Assembly (NCBI GenBank): GCA_934101625.1
Contig: CAKORV010000001.1
Span: 66,121 to 130,120, forward strand
Length of the DNA: 64,000 nt
Direction: 5' to 3'
Origin: an uncultured Bacilli bacterium
GTDB taxonomy: Bacteria > Bacillota_I > Bacilli_A > RF39 > UBA660
Below are positions 28,735-38,939 of the stretch, piece by piece. The translations under genes and the position numbers were made by a program. The notes below the pieces were generated by a model. That model saw only the letters and a program-made list of their open reading frames with translations, was not told the DNA's origin and did not search any database. Numbering within the stretch: position 1 is the first letter of the stretch; every line of letters starts with the position of its first letter.

Positions 28735-30763
28735 ATATAATATAAATAATTTAGATTGTGCCAACTGTGCTAGAGAAGTAGAAGAGTCATTAAATAAAAA
28801 TAAAGACTTTAAAAATGTAATAGTAAATTTTAATACAAAAAAACTATCATATGAATCAGATAAAGAATTTACTATCAATGAATTAAACAAGTTAGTGAAA
28901 TCTATTGAACCTGGGGCAAGCATTTCAAAAGATGTTGTAGAAGAAAAGAAAGAGTTTCATGCTTGGGTTCTTATACTAGCAACTATCTTAGGTATAATCG
29001 CATGTTATTCAAAACTAAATAAAAATATAAAATTAGTTTTATACATAATAAGTTATGCATTACTTCTTTATAGAACATTTATAAATTCAATTAAACTTCT
29101 ATTTAAAAGTAAAACAATAAATGAAAATTTACTTATAACAGTTTCATGTATAGGTGCTTTCATAATTGGAGAAAGAATGGAAGGATTAATGGTAATTATT
29201 CTTTATACTATAGGTAAAATTCTAGAAGAAAAAGCACTTAATAATTCTAGAAAATCAATTCAAGATTTAATGGATTTAAAAGAACCATTCGCAAATTTAA
29301 AAACATCAAAAAGTTCTAAGAAAATAAGTGTTGAAGAAATAAAAGTGGGAGATTTACTTATAGTAAAAAAGGGTGAAAAGATACCAGTAGATGGAATTAT
29401 CTATGAAGGAGAATCACTTTTAGATACATCTTTATTAACAGGAGAATCAGAACCAGTTAAAGTTCAAAAAGGAGATAAATGTCTATCAGGAAGTATTAAT
29501 ACAAGTGATGTAATCATAATTAAAGCAACATCATTATTTGAAGATTCTACAGTATCAAAAATACTTGAATTATTAGAAAGTGCCACTGATAAAAAGACTA
29601 AAACAGAAACAATAGTAAGTAAAATAAGTAAAGTTTATACACCTATAGTTTTAATATTAGCTATACTAGTCGCTATATTGTTGCCAGCAATTTCTAGTGT
29701 TACAAGAAGTGATGCAATTTACCGTGCATTAACATTCTTAGTTATATCTTGTCCATGTGCCATAGCGATCTCTGTTCCTTTATCTTACTTTACTGGAATA
29801 GGAGTATGTAGTAAAAATGGTATTTTAATTAAAGGAAGTAACTATTTAGATAATCTTACTAATTTAAATAATATAATATTTGATAAAACAGGTACTTTAA
29901 CTAATGGTTCATTTGAAGTAACAGAAATAAATATCATTGATGAAGATGAAAATGATGAATATAATAAAGATAAAATATTAGAAATTCTATTAAAAGGAGA
30001 AAACTTATCAAATCATCCACTAGCTAAATCTATTTTAAAATTAACTGATAAAGAAATAGATAGTAGTGAAGTTAAAAACTTTAAAGAAATAAGTGGAAAA
30101 GGTATTACATTTACACTAAATAAAAAACATGTTTCAATTGGAAATAAAACACTTTGTAACTGTGGATATGATGCCTTATTACATTTAAATATGGATGGAA
30201 AACACATCGCAAGTATTACTATAAATGATGGTATTAAAGAACATGCTGTGGAAACTATCATGCTTCTAAAGGCAAATAATATAAAAACATATATGTTTAC
30301 TGGTGATAAAAAAGATGTAGCTTTAACAATTGGAAAAAGATTAGGAATAGATAAAATAAAATATGAAATGTTACCTACAGATAAATTTAAAGAATATGAA
30401 AGTGTTGCTAAAACGAATGAAATAACTGCTTTCGTAGGTGATGGAGTAAATGATGCACCAGTATTAAAACGAGCAGACATAGGTATTTCGATGGGAGGAG
30501 TAGGTTCTGAATCTGCGATTGAAGCAAGTGATATTGTTCTTATGAGTGATGATTTAGATAAAATTCCATTAATGATAAACATAAGTAAATATACAAGAAA
30601 AATAATAAAAGAAAATCTAATATTCGCAATACTTGTTAAAATAATAATACTAGTTTTAAGTGTACTAGGTAAATCAAATATGTGGATGGCAGTATTCGCA
30701 GACACAGGTCTTACATTATTAACAATACTTAATACACTAAGAATTATTAGAAGATATAGATAA
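28721..30763 (+). CDS. heavy-metal (Cd/Zn/Co-type) P1B-type ATPase
   Basis: N-terminal HMA CxxC (LDCANCAREVE), membrane CPC (SCPCAIAIS), DKTGTLT, GDGVNDAP. Overlaps the repressor gene by 14 nt. Confidence 0.9.
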   Translation: MKKYKYNINNLDCANCAREVEESLNKNKDFKNVIVNFNTKKLSYESDKEFTINELNKLVKSIEPGASISKDVVEEKKEFHAWVLILATILGIIACYSKLNKNIKLVLYIISYALLLYRTFINSIKLLFKSKTINENLLITVSCIGAFIIGERMEGLMVIILYTIGKILEEKALNNSRKSIQDLMDLKEPFANLKTSKSSKKISVEEIKVGDLLIVKKGEKIPVDGIIYEGESLLDTSLLTGESEPVKVQKGDKCLSGSINTSDVIIIKATSLFEDSTVSKILELLESATDKKTKTETIVSKISKVYTPIVLILAILVAILLPAISSVTRSDAIYRALTFLVISCPCAIAISVPLSYFTGIGVCSKNGILIKGSNYLDNLTNLNNIIFDKTGTLTNGSFEVTEINIIDEDENDEYNKDKILEILLKGENLSNHPLAKSILKLTDKEIDSSEVKNFKEISGKGITFTLNKKHVSIGNKTLCNCGYDALLHLNMDGKHIASITINDGIKEHAVETIMLLKANNIKTYMFTGDKKDVALTIGKRLGIDKIKYEMLPTDKFKEYESVAKTNEITAFVGDGVNDAPVLKRADIGISMGGVGSESAIEASDIVLMSDDLDKIPLMINISKYTRKIIKENLIFAILVKIIILVLSVLGKSNMWMAVFADTGLTLLTILNTLRIIRRYR

Positions 30764-30802
30764 ACTATGTCTTTTTTCTTTGTTATATACATACACTTTA
30801 AC

Positions 30803-32023
30803 ATGAAAAATATATTTAAATTTATAATTTTATTTATTAGTGTACCAATATTTACCTATGCATCTAGTACAGATGAGGCAAGAATTGGTAATGAATTATA
30901 CGATACTTTAGAACTTGCTATTGAAGCTGTAAAACCAAATGAAACAATAACTTTAGTATCAAATGCTTACTTTAAAGAAAGTGTAACTATTAATAAACCA
31001 GTAAAAATCAACTTAAATAATCATACTATAAGTGCAGATAAAATGGTATTTAGATTAATTGGTGGTGAATTATATTTAACTGGAAAAGGTATTGTAAAAG
31101 AAGAAAATCCATATTATGGAGCAGTTGTAATAAAAGGTTCATCTGACCAAAATAAAGTTAATTTTAGTGTTCTTGAAGTAGATGAAGACATTACTTTAGA
31201 AGGATGGAGTGGAGTTTTTATTGACCAATTGTCAGGTAAAGGATATGGTATAAAAGCAAGTGTAAATGGAATAATCAATGCATTAAGTGATTCAACTGGA
31301 GGTTCTGGAATAGGAATATATGTTAATGGAAATATTAAAGATAAAGTAAATTCACCAATAATAATAGTAAACAAAACAGCATCAATAAATTCTACAGGTA
31401 ATGGTATATATCAAGCTGGATATGCAAGAACAACTATAAATGGTGGTTACATTGAAGGTTATGAATCATCTATTGCAATAAAATCAGGTACATTAACAAT
31501 AAACGATGGAGAATTTGTATGTAACGGTCCTGATAAAACACCAGAAGCTTCTACTGGAGAAATAGAAGCAAGTGGAGTAGTCTTGCAAATTGAATCTAAT
31601 ACTTCTTATGCTGGAAATATGGAAATAACAATTAACAATGGAACATTTAAAAGTAAAAACTCTAATACAATTTATGAATATTCAAATAATAACAAAACTA
31701 AAGTAATATCTTTTTTAATAAATAATGGAGCATTTAGAAGTAGTAATGGTAAAGAAGTATTTAGTTTATCTCAAGATTTTAAAGATAAATTATCTCCATT
31801 TATAAATGGTGGTAAATATACAACAGATGTATCTAAATATATAAAAAATGATAAAACACTTACAAAAGATGAATCATACTTTAAAGTAACTGAAACTGTA
31901 AGTGGTAAACCAATTGAAAAATCAAAAACCAATACTTTTCCAACGTACTCATACTTATTAATAATAATTTCTATATTAATAATAGTAATTTATTTTCTAA
32001 AAAAATACTTAACTAAAAAGTAG
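30803..32023 (+). CDS. secreted, C-terminally membrane-anchored protein with beta-helix-like repeats
   Basis: Signal peptide MKNIFKFIILFISVPIFTYAS, Gly/Asn-rich repetitive core, C-terminal TM YLLIIISILIIVIYFL. Confidence 0.4.
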   Translation: MKNIFKFIILFISVPIFTYASSTDEARIGNELYDTLELAIEAVKPNETITLVSNAYFKESVTINKPVKINLNNHTISADKMVFRLIGGELYLTGKGIVKEENPYYGAVVIKGSSDQNKVNFSVLEVDEDITLEGWSGVFIDQLSGKGYGIKASVNGIINALSDSTGGSGIGIYVNGNIKDKVNSPIIIVNKTASINSTGNGIYQAGYARTTINGGYIEGYESSIAIKSGTLTINDGEFVCNGPDKTPEASTGEIEASGVVLQIESNTSYAGNMEITINNGTFKSKNSNTIYEYSNNNKTKVISFLINNGAFRSSNGKEVFSLSQDFKDKLSPFINGGKYTTDVSKYIKNDKTLTKDESYFKVTETVSGKPIEKSKTNTFPTYSYLLIIISILIIVIYFLKKYLTKK

Positions 32024-32070
32024 AATATCTTTCTAAATTATGATAAAATTACAAGTATGAGGTAGTTAAA

Positions 32071-32757
32071 ATGAATCAAGAAACAATTGGCAAAAAAATA
32101 AAAGAACTTAGAATAAAAAACAACTTAACTCAACAAGAACTAGCCAGTAAATTAAATGTAACATATCAAGCAGTAAGTAAATGGGAAAATGGTAAAAATT
32201 TACCAGACTTAGTAATACTAACTGAAATATGCAAAATATTTAATATAGATTTAAATGACTTAATAAGTGATAATAAAAAGAAATTCAATAAAAAATATTT
32301 ATACTTTATAATACCAATTCTATTAATAGTATTTGTATGTATAACACATTGTATATTAAAAGGAAAAAATGATTATAATTTTACTCCAATAACAACAACA
32401 TGTGAAGAATTTGAAATAACTGGAGTCGCAGCTTACAATAAAGAAAAAACATCTATTTATGTTTCTAATATAACTTATTGTGGTAAAGAAGAAAATCTTA
32501 ACTTTAAAGAAATAGAATGTACTTTATATGAAGAAATAGATAACAAAAAAATAAAAATAAATGAATGTAAGAGTGTTAATAACGAAACAAATTTAAAAGA
32601 TTACCTAAAAGATTTAACAATAAACATTGAACACTTTAGTAAAGAATGTAAAACTATGAAAGAAAATAATTTATATTTAGAGATAAATGGTAAAAATGAT
32701 GATGAAAAAATAATTACTTATAAAATACCTTTAAAACTAGATGAAAAATGTAACTAA
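32071..32757 (+). CDS. membrane-tethered XRE-family HTH regulator
   Basis: HTH IKELRIKNNLTQQELASKLNVTYQAVSKWENGKNLP, then one TM (YLYFIIPILLIVFVCITHCIL) and an extracytoplasmic domain. Confidence 0.7.
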   Translation: MNQETIGKKIKELRIKNNLTQQELASKLNVTYQAVSKWENGKNLPDLVILTEICKIFNIDLNDLISDNKKKFNKKYLYFIIPILLIVFVCITHCILKGKNDYNFTPITTTCEEFEITGVAAYNKEKTSIYVSNITYCGKEENLNFKEIECTLYEEIDNKKIKINECKSVNNETNLKDYLKDLTINIEHFSKECKTMKENNLYLEINGKNDDEKIITYKIPLKLDEKCN

Positions 32758-32798
32758 ACTAATAGTTGAGAAACTTCAACTATTAGTTTCTTTTTTTT
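32756..32798 (+). terminator. rho-independent terminator
   Basis: 14-bp perfect stem AAACTAATAGTTGA / TCAACTATTAGTTT, 6-nt loop, T8. Confidence 0.85.
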
Positions 32799-32841
32799 AC
32801 TAAATAAAATATGTATAATGATTCTAGAAAGGAAGGATATT

Positions 32842-33462
32842 ATGAAAGATAGTACAAAAAATAAAATAATTTTAACTTTATTAGCCATTGTAATAGTTTT
32901 AGTAGGAGTAATTATTTTCTTAAATATTAAAAAGAAAAATGAAGATAATAGTATAACTGATGCAAAAAGATTTAGTGAGGAATATAAAATATCAGAAGAT
33001 AATGTATTTGTTTATAGAAACAGTGATGAAATATTAAAGATAATGAAAAATGGAACAGGAGTAGTATATCTTGGATTTCCAGAATGTCCTTGGTGTTCAG
33101 CATATGTTATATATTTAAATGAAGTAGCTAAAGAAAATCATTTAGATAAAATATATTATTATAATATATTAGAAGATAGAAAGAATAATACAGAGTTCTA
33201 TAAAGAAGTAATAAAACTTTTAAGTGGTAATTTACAATATGATGATGAAGGTAATGAAAGATTATATGTTCCAAATGTATCATTTCACGTTAAAGGTAAG
33301 ATTATAGGAAATGATTATGAAACAAGTAAAGATACTCATGATTTAAAAGATCCTAAGGATTATTGGACAAATGAAGAAATATCTGAATTAAAAAGTACAT
33401 TAACAAAATATACTAAAGAAGTAGTTGATAACTTAAATACATGTACTGATTGTAATAAATAA
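32842..33462 (+). CDS. membrane-anchored thioredoxin-like protein
   Basis: N-terminal TM plus CxxC (FPECPWCSAY). ATG at 32842 after AAGGAAGG. Confidence 0.5.
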   Translation: MKDSTKNKIILTLLAIVIVLVGVIIFLNIKKKNEDNSITDAKRFSEEYKISEDNVFVYRNSDEILKIMKNGTGVVYLGFPECPWCSAYVIYLNEVAKENHLDKIYYYNILEDRKNNTEFYKEVIKLLSGNLQYDDEGNERLYVPNVSFHVKGKIIGNDYETSKDTHDLKDPKDYWTNEEISELKSTLTKYTKEVVDNLNTCTDCNK

Positions 33463-33627
33463 AGTAATTGAACATCTCTGAACGAAATTGAACACCTCTG
33501 AACAGAACCAAATACATAAATAAACACAAAACAGAAAATTATGCTATAATAAATGATGAGATGTATAATTATAGTTTCGATTTACTAAATAAACAAGCTA
33601 TAATTATACTTAGAAGGAGAAAATAAC

Positions 33628-34299
33628 ATGGGAAAAATAGTATTAATTGAAGGAACTGATTGTTCTGGAAAAGAAACACAAAGTAATTTATTAATGGATA
33701 AACTAAAAAAAGAAGGATATTCTGTAGAAAAAATAGCATTTCCTGATTATGAAAGTCCTACTGGAAAAATAATTGGTGGACCATACTTAGGGAAAAGCTA
33801 TATTTGTAATAGTTGGTTTAAGGAAGGTGCGATAAATGTTGATGGAAAAGTGGCATCCCTTTACTTTGCAGCTGATAGACTATATCATAAAGATCAAATA
33901 CTTGATGCTAAAAATAAAAATGATTTACTAATCTTAGATAGATATACTATATCTAATATGGCTCATCAAGGTGGTAAATTCGAAACAAAAGAAGAAAGAT
34001 TAGCTATGTACAAATGGTTAGAAGAATTAGAATTTAACTTATTAGGTTTACCTAGACCAGACATGGTAATATTCTTACATATGCCAGAACAAGTGAGTGA
34101 AATCTTAAAGAAAAATAGAAAAGAAGAATTAGATGAACATGAAAAATCACAAACATATCTAAGTAAAAGTGAACGTGCTTATTTAGAATTAAGTAAACAA
34201 TATGGCTTTAAAGAAATACTATGTAATATAAAAGATCAACCTAGACAAATAGAAGATATAAATGAAGATATTTATAAATTAGTTAAAAAAATAATATAA
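33628..34299 (+). CDS. tmk: thymidylate (dTMP) kinase family protein
   Basis: P-loop LIEGTDCSGKETQ and DRY-like LDRYTISNMAHQ motif. Confidence 0.7.
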   Translation: MGKIVLIEGTDCSGKETQSNLLMDKLKKEGYSVEKIAFPDYESPTGKIIGGPYLGKSYICNSWFKEGAINVDGKVASLYFAADRLYHKDQILDAKNKNDLLILDRYTISNMAHQGGKFETKEERLAMYKWLEELEFNLLGLPRPDMVIFLHMPEQVSEILKKNRKEELDEHEKSQTYLSKSERAYLELSKQYGFKEILCNIKDQPRQIEDINEDIYKLVKKII

Positions 34300-34359
34300 T
34301 TAACAATAATTGGTAGTTTAAAATAACTAAAAAAATAAATCATAATAATAGGTGTTATT

Positions 34360-34755
34360 ATGAAAAAGTTATTATTAAGTCTATCAATTTTTTTATTGTT
34401 ATTACTTTTAATTTGTCCTTTAAATGCTACAGAAGATGAATATATAGAAAAATACTATTCTTTAGAATTTGATAATCTAAACTCTAAAAATATAAATGAA
34501 GTATTTAATGGATTAAAATATAACATAATTGAAGTCGAAGTACAAACAACTAGACTAACTAAATCATATAGATTTAACCTATCCCTAGTAAACAACTTAG
34601 AACAAGAACTAAATAACTTAATATTAAATGACTTAAAAGAAATACTACCTAGAGAAGAAATATCTATAATAGAGACAAAAGGTTTTAAAATAACAAGAAT
34701 AGACTTAAGATGTACTAAAAATGATAAAGAGATAATATTAGAAAGAGTGAATTAA
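34360..34755 (+). CDS. secreted hypothetical protein
   Basis: Signal peptide MKKLLLSLSIFLLLLLLICPLNA. No other motif. Confidence 0.4.
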   Translation: MKKLLLSLSIFLLLLLLICPLNATEDEYIEKYYSLEFDNLNSKNINEVFNGLKYNIIEVEVQTTRLTKSYRFNLSLVNNLEQELNNLILNDLKEILPREEISIIETKGFKITRIDLRCTKNDKEIILERVN

Positions 34756-35913
34756 ATGTCTGATTTAAAAAAATATAATATATTTATAACAATAACTAGT
34801 TTTTCTAAACTATTGGTGGAATTATTTATTCCACTTATTTTATATGACTATGGATTTACTATAAAAAATATAATACTCTATATGATAATAAAATATACAC
34901 TATGTATAATAATGATACCAATAACTATGAAAATAAATAAAAAAATATCTTGGTCTAAAATAATGATACTAAGTAGTTTTTTCTTTTCTTTAACTTACAT
35001 TTACTTAAATATAATGACTAAATCTTTATTAAGTCTAATAATACTTTCTATAATATTTTCTATATATCTAATCTTCTATTGGTTAGGAAGACATATATAT
35101 GGATTATCTATAATAGAAGATAAAAAAACAACAGATAACGTTAGTTTATACACAATATTCACAGTATTAGGAAGTATACCTGCAACGTATATAGGAAGTC
35201 TAATACTAAAATACTTTGGATTTATAACTTTAACTATAATTGTATTAATACTAATGTTAATAAGTATAATACCATTAACAAAAATAAATAAAGATATTAA
35301 ATATATAAAGCCTAACTTAAAACCAATAATAAAAACATTTCCTAAAAGAAACTATTTATTCACATTCATAGAACAATTTAGATATATTTTAAATAATATA
35401 TTTCCACTCTACATATATCTTTACATAAAAAAAGAATTTACATACATTGGTATAACTAACTTAATATGCGGTATTGGTAGTATAATTTATATATTTATAA
35501 TAAGTAAAAAAATGGATAAAAACAAAAAAGATTATCTAAGTATTTCATGTATTTTACTTAGTATATTGTATATTGGTAAACTAAATATAAACAACACTAA
35601 CTTATTTTACATAATAGTATTTATAGAAGGAATTTTAAAAGTAACTTTAGATACTATAGTACAAAGAAATGCATATGTATATGGAAGAAATTATGATGTA
35701 AACTCATATATTGAATTTACAGAATTATTAAATAATATATTTAGAACTATAATATTAATTATATTTTATTTATTAAACTTAAATTTAAGAAACATTATTT
35801 ATATAGGAATACTAGGTATATTTATAAATTCATTTGTTAAATATGATGATGGAAAATATGGGTATAAAAATTTGTTGAAAAATGAATTAAAAAATGATGG
35901 AATTAAAACATAA
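34756..35913 (+). CDS. polytopic membrane protein (MFS-like transporter?)
   Basis: About 10-12 hydrophobic spans. No diagnostic motif recognised. Confidence 0.35.
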   Translation: MSDLKKYNIFITITSFSKLLVELFIPLILYDYGFTIKNIILYMIIKYTLCIIMIPITMKINKKISWSKIMILSSFFFSLTYIYLNIMTKSLLSLIILSIIFSIYLIFYWLGRHIYGLSIIEDKKTTDNVSLYTIFTVLGSIPATYIGSLILKYFGFITLTIIVLILMLISIIPLTKINKDIKYIKPNLKPIIKTFPKRNYLFTFIEQFRYILNNIFPLYIYLYIKKEFTYIGITNLICGIGSIIYIFIISKKMDKNKKDYLSISCILLSILYIGKLNINNTNLFYIIVFIEGILKVTLDTIVQRNAYVYGRNYDVNSYIEFTELLNNIFRTIILIIFYLLNLNLRNIIYIGILGIFINSFVKYDDGKYGYKNLLKNELKNDGIKT

Positions 35914-36026
35914 AATATAAGGAGTAAGGCAAAACTATGAGAATATTGGAAAACCCAAACTATAACAACGATTGTTCGTTATGGGGGCAATTTATTAATT
36001 ATCTCTCATAGTTTTTTCGTGAATTT

Positions 36027-36058
36027 AAATATATAGGCACAAGTCTATATATTTTTTT
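36027..36058 (+). terminator. rho-independent terminator
   Basis: 10-bp stem AAATATATAG / CTATATATTT, 8-nt loop, T-run. Confidence 0.75.
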
Positions 36059-36073
36059 GTGGTGGTGAAAGAT

Positions 36074-36274
36074 ATGAAAAATAAAAAGTATATTGTGTAT
36101 ATGGTAGTAAGTATATTAGTATTAACTATTGGAGTAAGTTATGCATACTTTAAAGCAAGAGTAAATGGTGAAGGTAAAAGTATAAGTTTAAGAAGTAAAG
36201 GAATATATGTGTTATATTCAGGTGATGGAACACCAGAAAGTCCATATGAAATAGCCGAAAATAGTTGTAATTAA
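36074..36274 (+). CDS. 66-aa signal-anchor mini-protein, collapsed paralogue of the 46684..48495 surface protein
   Basis: The N-terminus KKYIVYMVVSILVLTIGVSYAYFKA resembles KKYIIFGIVMIVVLLIGFTYAFYQS. The C-terminus GDGTPESPYEIAENSCN resembles GTGTSTDPYVVDETSCS. Confidence 0.45.
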   Translation: MKNKKYIVYMVVSILVLTIGVSYAYFKARVNGEGKSISLRSKGIYVLYSGDGTPESPYEIAENSCN

Positions 36275-36281
36275 ATAAATT

Positions 36282-36316
36282 AATACATATAATGTGAGTT
36301 ATATGTATTTTATTTT
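36282..36316 (+). terminator. rho-independent terminator
   Basis: AATACATAT / ATATGTATT stem, 10-nt loop, then TTTTATTTT. Confidence 0.6.
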
Positions 36317-36339
36317 AACTTGCTTAATATACTTAACTG

Positions 36340-38919
36340 GTGAATATAATGTTTAATATTAAAGGACTAAGTAATGAAGAAGTAATAAATAATAGAAAAA
36401 ATTATGGTAGTAATGAAATAACACATTATAAAAAAAGTAGTATATTTAAATTAATAATTGAATCATTAAATGATCCAATTATTAAAATTCTTTTAATTGC
36501 TTTAGGAGTTAAAGTACTATTTTTGTTTAATGATAGTGATATATATGAAACTATAGGAATAATTGCCGCGGTTATAATTGCCAGTGTTATAAGTAGTTTA
36601 AGTGAATATGGAAGTGAAAAAGCATTTGAAAAACTAAGTGAAGAAAGTCTTAATGAAGAGGCTAAAGTATTTAGAAATAGTAAACTTATAAAAGTTAAAA
36701 TAGATGATGTAGTTGTAAATGATTATGTATTCTTAGAGAGTGGAGATAAAATAAGTGCTGATGGAACTATATATGAAGGGAATATTTATACTGATGAAAG
36801 TATGATGACTGGAGAAACTAAAGAACAATTAAAAAGTATAAATAGTGAAGTATATCGTGGTACCATAGTGACTAGTGGTACTGCGGTAATGTTAGTTAAT
36901 AAAGTTGGTAATAACACATATTATGGTAAAATTGCTAAAGATATACAGGCAGTAACACCAGAAAGTCCACTTAAAAATAGATTAAGAGTTTTAGCAAATT
37001 TTATAAGTAAAATAGGTTATATATGTTCATTTTTAGTAATGTTATCTTATTTATTTAATGTAGTAGTAATAAAAAATAACTTTAATATGGATGAAATAAT
37101 AAATACAGTTACAAACGCTAGAGAAATAATACCACATTTATTATATGCTCTTACTTTAGGTGTTACCATCATAGTAGTAGCTGTCCCAGAAGGATTACCA
37201 ATGATGATAACTTTAGTACTTTCTAGTAATATGAAAAGACTTCTTAAAAATAATGTTTTAGTAAGAAAACTAGTAGGTATAGAATCTAGTGGTAGTTTAA
37301 ATATTTTATTCAGTGATAAAACCGGCACACTAACAAAAGGTAAACTTAAAGTAACTGAATTTATCACATATGAAGGAAATAAATATAAAAATATTAATGA
37401 AATAAAAGAATTAAATGAACTTGTAAAAATAAGTTTACTTTACAATAATCAAAGTACTTATAATGATAAAGAAATTATAGGAGGTAATATAACAGACCGC
37501 GCTATTTTAGAGTATGTAGGACCATCAACTCAAGATAGATATAAAGTTTTATCTAATGAAGAATTTAATAGTAAAAATAAATATTCTAGTATTACATTAA
37601 ATTATAATAATAAGACTAAGTTTATAAAAGGAGCATATGAAATAGTAATTAAAAAGTGTAATAGTTATTATAAAAATGATGGTAGAAAATCTTTAATTAA
37701 TAAGAATAGTGAATTAATAGAAAAGGGTAATAAATATACAAGTGAAGGTTATAGAGTTTTGTCACTAGCAACAACAGAAGATGATATAAGATATACATTC
37801 TTGGGATTTATTTTAATTAAAGATGAGATTAGAAAAGAAACAATTGAAGGAATAAAAATGGTAACAGATGCAGGTATTCAAACAGTAATGATAACTGGAG
37901 ATAATGAATTAACTGCTAGAAGTATAGCCAAAGAAATAGGACTTATTAAAAATAGTAATGATTTAGTTATAACTAGTGAGGAATTAAATAAAATGAATGA
38001 TGTAGAATTAAAAAGTATTATACCTAAATTAAAAGTAGTCGCAAGAAGTTTACCAGAAGATAAAAAAAGACTTGTAAATTTAAGTCAAGAGTTAGGTTTA
38101 GTTGTCGGTATGACTGGGGATGGAGTAAATGATGCTCCAGCATTAAAAAGAGCCGATGTAGGGTTTGCTATGGGTAGTGGAACAGAAGTTGCTAAAGAAG
38201 TAAGTGATATAGTAATACTTGATGATAACTTTTTAAGTATAGTTAATACTATATTATTTGGTAGAACTATATTTAAGAGTATTAGAAAGTTTATAATATT
38301 TCAATTAACTGTTAATATAACTACAGTCTTTTTATCAGTAATAGGCCCACTTGTAGGAGTAACAAGTCCTTTGGCTGCAATTCAAATGTTGTGGATAAAC
38401 ATGGTAATGGATACTTTGGCTGGAATTGCTTATGCTTATGAACCACCAATAAAAGAATATATGAAAGAACCACCAAAGAAAAGAAACGAAAAAATAATGA
38501 ATTCATATATGATAAATGAAATTTTGGTAACTGGTACATATTTAAGTTTATTATGTATGTTTTTCTTAAAAAGTAATTTTATAAAAAGTTTATATAGAAT
38601 AGGTAATCAAGACAAATATTTAATGACTGCATTCTTTGGATTGTTTATATTTATGAGTGTATTTAATGCCTTTAATGCAAGAAGTTATAGATTAAATGTA
38701 CTTGCTAATGTAACTAAAAATAAAGTATTTCTAAGTGTTATATTATTTATTGTAATAGTACAACTTTCTCTTATCTATTTTGGTGGTTCTATATTTAGAA
38801 CTACAGGATTAACTTTCTTTGAACTAAATGTAACTATTTTATTAGCATTTACTGTAATACCATTTGATTTTATAAGAAAGACTATATTAAGAAAGTTAGG
38901 TAAACCAAATAATGTATAA
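36340..38919 (+). CDS. P2-type cation (Ca2+) transporting ATPase
   Basis: TGES-type MMTGET, DKTGTLT, TGDNELTA, MTGDGVNDAPALKRADVGFAMG, and PEGLP in TM4. Confidence 0.9.
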   Translation: MNIMFNIKGLSNEEVINNRKNYGSNEITHYKKSSIFKLIIESLNDPIIKILLIALGVKVLFLFNDSDIYETIGIIAAVIIASVISSLSEYGSEKAFEKLSEESLNEEAKVFRNSKLIKVKIDDVVVNDYVFLESGDKISADGTIYEGNIYTDESMMTGETKEQLKSINSEVYRGTIVTSGTAVMLVNKVGNNTYYGKIAKDIQAVTPESPLKNRLRVLANFISKIGYICSFLVMLSYLFNVVVIKNNFNMDEIINTVTNAREIIPHLLYALTLGVTIIVVAVPEGLPMMITLVLSSNMKRLLKNNVLVRKLVGIESSGSLNILFSDKTGTLTKGKLKVTEFITYEGNKYKNINEIKELNELVKISLLYNNQSTYNDKEIIGGNITDRAILEYVGPSTQDRYKVLSNEEFNSKNKYSSITLNYNNKTKFIKGAYEIVIKKCNSYYKNDGRKSLINKNSELIEKGNKYTSEGYRVLSLATTEDDIRYTFLGFILIKDEIRKETIEGIKMVTDAGIQTVMITGDNELTARSIAKEIGLIKNSNDLVITSEELNKMNDVELKSIIPKLKVVARSLPEDKKRLVNLSQELGLVVGMTGDGVNDAPALKRADVGFAMGSGTEVAKEVSDIVILDDNFLSIVNTILFGRTIFKSIRKFIIFQLTVNITTVFLSVIGPLVGVTSPLAAIQMLWINMVMDTLAGIAYAYEPPIKEYMKEPPKKRNEKIMNSYMINEILVTGTYLSLLCMFFLKSNFIKSLYRIGNQDKYLMTAFFGLFIFMSVFNAFNARSYRLNVLANVTKNKVFLSVILFIVIVQLSLIYFGGSIFRTTGLTFFELNVTILLAFTVIPFDFIRKTILRKLGKPNNV

Positions 38920-38939
38920 TGTTATCTACACAAAAACTC

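Noticed and set aside
30013-30804. 263-aa minus-strand ORF, and similar antisense ORFs at 1733-1924, 6699-7292, 7711-7932, 13048-13287, 20261-20458, 25730-25957, 28687-28923, 31114-31374, 37047-37367, 38321-38539, 45772-46017, 47522-47725, 50583-50855, 51262-51558, 52953-53168, 53104-53301, 54930-55337, 57351-57617, 58789-58971, 61376-61561
   Set aside because: All lie within and opposite to longer ORFs that have recognisable conserved motifs or better start signals. Their products are Ile/Leu/Phe/Ser-rich, as expected from antisense reading of AT-rich coding DNA.
33467-33504. CRISPR-like repeat check
   Set aside because: Only two 18-nt copies with a 2-nt spacer, and no cas genes. Not a CRISPR array; kept only as a minor direct-repeat finding.
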